A stretch of 64,000 bases of DNA from Yuukianura sp. NJ FZ-2021 (lineage: Eukaryota). The position numbers and the translations under genes were made by a program. The notes below the pieces were generated by a model. That model was not told where the DNA came from. It ran no database searches and worked only from the letters and a program-made list of their open reading frames with translations. The stretch lies in contig CM102290.1 of assembly GCA_046563655.1 (NCBI GenBank), forward strand, positions 13,082,001 to 13,146,000, written 5' to 3'. Shown here piece after piece: positions 62,093-64,000 of the stretch (its first letter is position 1; the number at the start of each line of letters is the position of its first letter).

Positions 62093-62509
62093 CAGTGGAA
62101 ACTCTCAAATCGCAACTTTTAGCTCCGCCCCCGCCTGACGGCAGGACACTCGAAAACTCATCTTACGTTTTGCTGAATGGATTTTCTTCCATTCTCCATG
62201 AAAGTGGTGGATATATCCCATGAAAGTGGTGGATATATCCGGATTTTATTGGTTTCTTCCGGACGAAACTGGGTTTTATCCGGGTTTATTCATTTATCCA
62301 GTGGATATCTCCTGTACAAAATGTTATAAAAAGTGGTTATCCAGCAACACTGTTAAAACTTAAGTTTGTGGAAGGATTTTAGCTTGTAGAAAAACACTAC
62401 GATTGGGGTGGTTCAATATTTCAAATATGTCAGAATTTGAAGCCATATGAATTCTCAGCGAAAATATTTTTTCGAATCAGAGCACGTTGCTAAAAGAGAG
62501 GTTCCACTG
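62093..62509. mobile_element. Tc1/mariner(pogo)-type MITE, CAGT-end family
   Basis: TA|CAGTGGAAACTCTC...GTTGCTAAAAGAGAGGTTCCACTG|TA; contains an internal 22-bp tandem duplication CCATGAAAGTGGTGGATATATC. Confidence 0.7.
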
Positions 62510-63051
62510 TAAGTTGATTATGAGAGCAAGTTGGAAGACATTTGTGGATTGAAGAGAAGTTTGGAGCTGGAGGGGAAACGTTAAGGCATGTGGTGGTGAG
62601 CGTACGTTTAAAGACTTGATTTTCCTTTGATTATTAAGCGAGTGAAGGGAGTAATTACAATGATATTCTGATCTTAAAAGGTGATAATGACTTTCAAATG
62701 TAATGAAATCTAAGCAGTACTACAACTACAAATGTCTAACACTGAAACTCAAACTTATTAAAATGTCCGTCAAAATATTAAGGGAGATGATGGAGATTAG
62801 TTTTAAACTGCGCTCTCTTTTCCATAGCTCAAGAATTTGCCGGCGGTCATTTCCTCAAAGCTTACTCAACTGTGCAATAATAATTATTGTTAAATTGAAA
62901 ATTGCTACTGTTGCTGGAACTCCTGAGGAGTCCCGATTATTAATTGAGCAAAAGGAACAATCCCAGGCGGAATTGAGTGATTACTGCCATAACTTTTTTC
63001 GTTGACTATAATTAAGTAAGGAAGATGTTTGGAGGTTATGGGCAGTATCAC

Positions 63052-63263
63052 CAAGGTTTGTAAACAAAATGTTTTTTTTTCTACAACAGGTTGTCCAACA
63101 ACTCGGATTTTTTCTATGCGATTTCAAGTGTTCAAAGGTTGAAAAATAAATGGGGAAAATGTAAAAACAAAATTTGTGCTAAAGTTGTTTGAAGCTTTCT
63201 GAAAACCCTGAGGTATTGGACAACCTGTTGTAGGAAATACAATTCCGTTGCCAAGGAACCTTG
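63052..63263. mobile_element. Non-autonomous DNA transposon with CAAGG termini and an 8-bp TSD (P- or hAT-like)
   Basis: AGTATCAC|CAAGGTT...AACCTTG|AGTATCAC, with a subterminal inverted repeat CTACAACAGGTTGTCCAA/TTGGACAACCTGTTGTAG. Confidence 0.85.
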
Positions 63264-63807
63264 AGTATCACTCCGGCGGTTTGCCGTGTCGTGATGCTTA
63301 CAGTTGGAGTTGAGCTCCATAATGGACCTACATAGGCCAAATAAAGTCACCAAATCCTGCCGAGAGGCCCATTTCTGGGAATGGAGAGGAAGGACACGAG
63401 ATAAATCATGACATTAAATTAATTTACTAACTTGTATACAGGAGGCATTGTCCTCCTTTGTGTGACCAGAAGTCTCAAAAAGTGCCGTCTTGCGTTCCTT
63501 TGGTGATGGTGCCTTGAGACATTTTAGGATAAAATGTGAAACTAAGATGGTGACATAGGCTTGGAGTATGCGGTTCCACGGAACATGTACAAATGTACAT
63601 GTACAAATGTACAAAAGAGAATAGTAATCCAATGGCTGAGACTTTCTTCAGTAGACAAGGGGAGGGGATCTGTAATAAAATATTTCCAGTCCAACAATGC
63701 AACTCTGAATCTCATAAATTGACACAACTCACTTTCACCCCAAAATCTTTTCAGATTGGAAATGAATAGTTGTGTGAAGGAGAAAGCTGTCCTTTCTTAA
63801 GTTTCTA

Positions 63808-64000
63808 CAGTAGAACCTCTCATTTCGCAACACACTGTAACTGCTGTTTGATTTGAAGATGACCTTTCTGTACTTACTGCGCCGAATTCCAACACATCTA
63901 AGATGTTGTTTTGTTTACAAGTTAAATCTATCCAACAACTTAAGTTTTACAGTATCTCACTGTCAGGAGAGGCGGAGCAAAAAGTTGCACAATGAGAGGT
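63808..64000. mobile_element. CAGT-end MITE truncated by the window edge
   Basis: TA|CAGTAGAACCTCTCATTTCGCAAC...; the window ends inside the right TIR (GTTGCACAATGAGAGGT). Confidence 0.7.

Overview
This is eukaryotic DNA, most likely from an arthropod: it is AT-rich, has short GT-AG introns and carries a CYP307 ecdysteroid gene. Intron-containing genes, in order: C9orf72, SmF (absent from the ORF track), HMBS, a pancreatic-type lipase, NDUFAB1, a connectin-like LRR protein (probably with a ~18-kb first intron), a MADF protein, RPB2, CYP307, RtcB and CapZ-alpha. Two ORFs have no intron in their coding sequence and look prokaryote-like: a beta-beta-alpha-metal (His-Me) endonuclease (20319-21026) and a minimal ResIII/RadD-type SF2 helicase (53516-54793). 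Two paralogous box C/D snoRNAs lie in RPB2 introns. There are several other structured-RNA candidates, including an RNase MRP-like locus at about 55550-55995 that lacks a recognisable CR-I. Several MITE families are present, some with target-site duplications. All calls were read by eye from motifs and splice signals; no database search was run.
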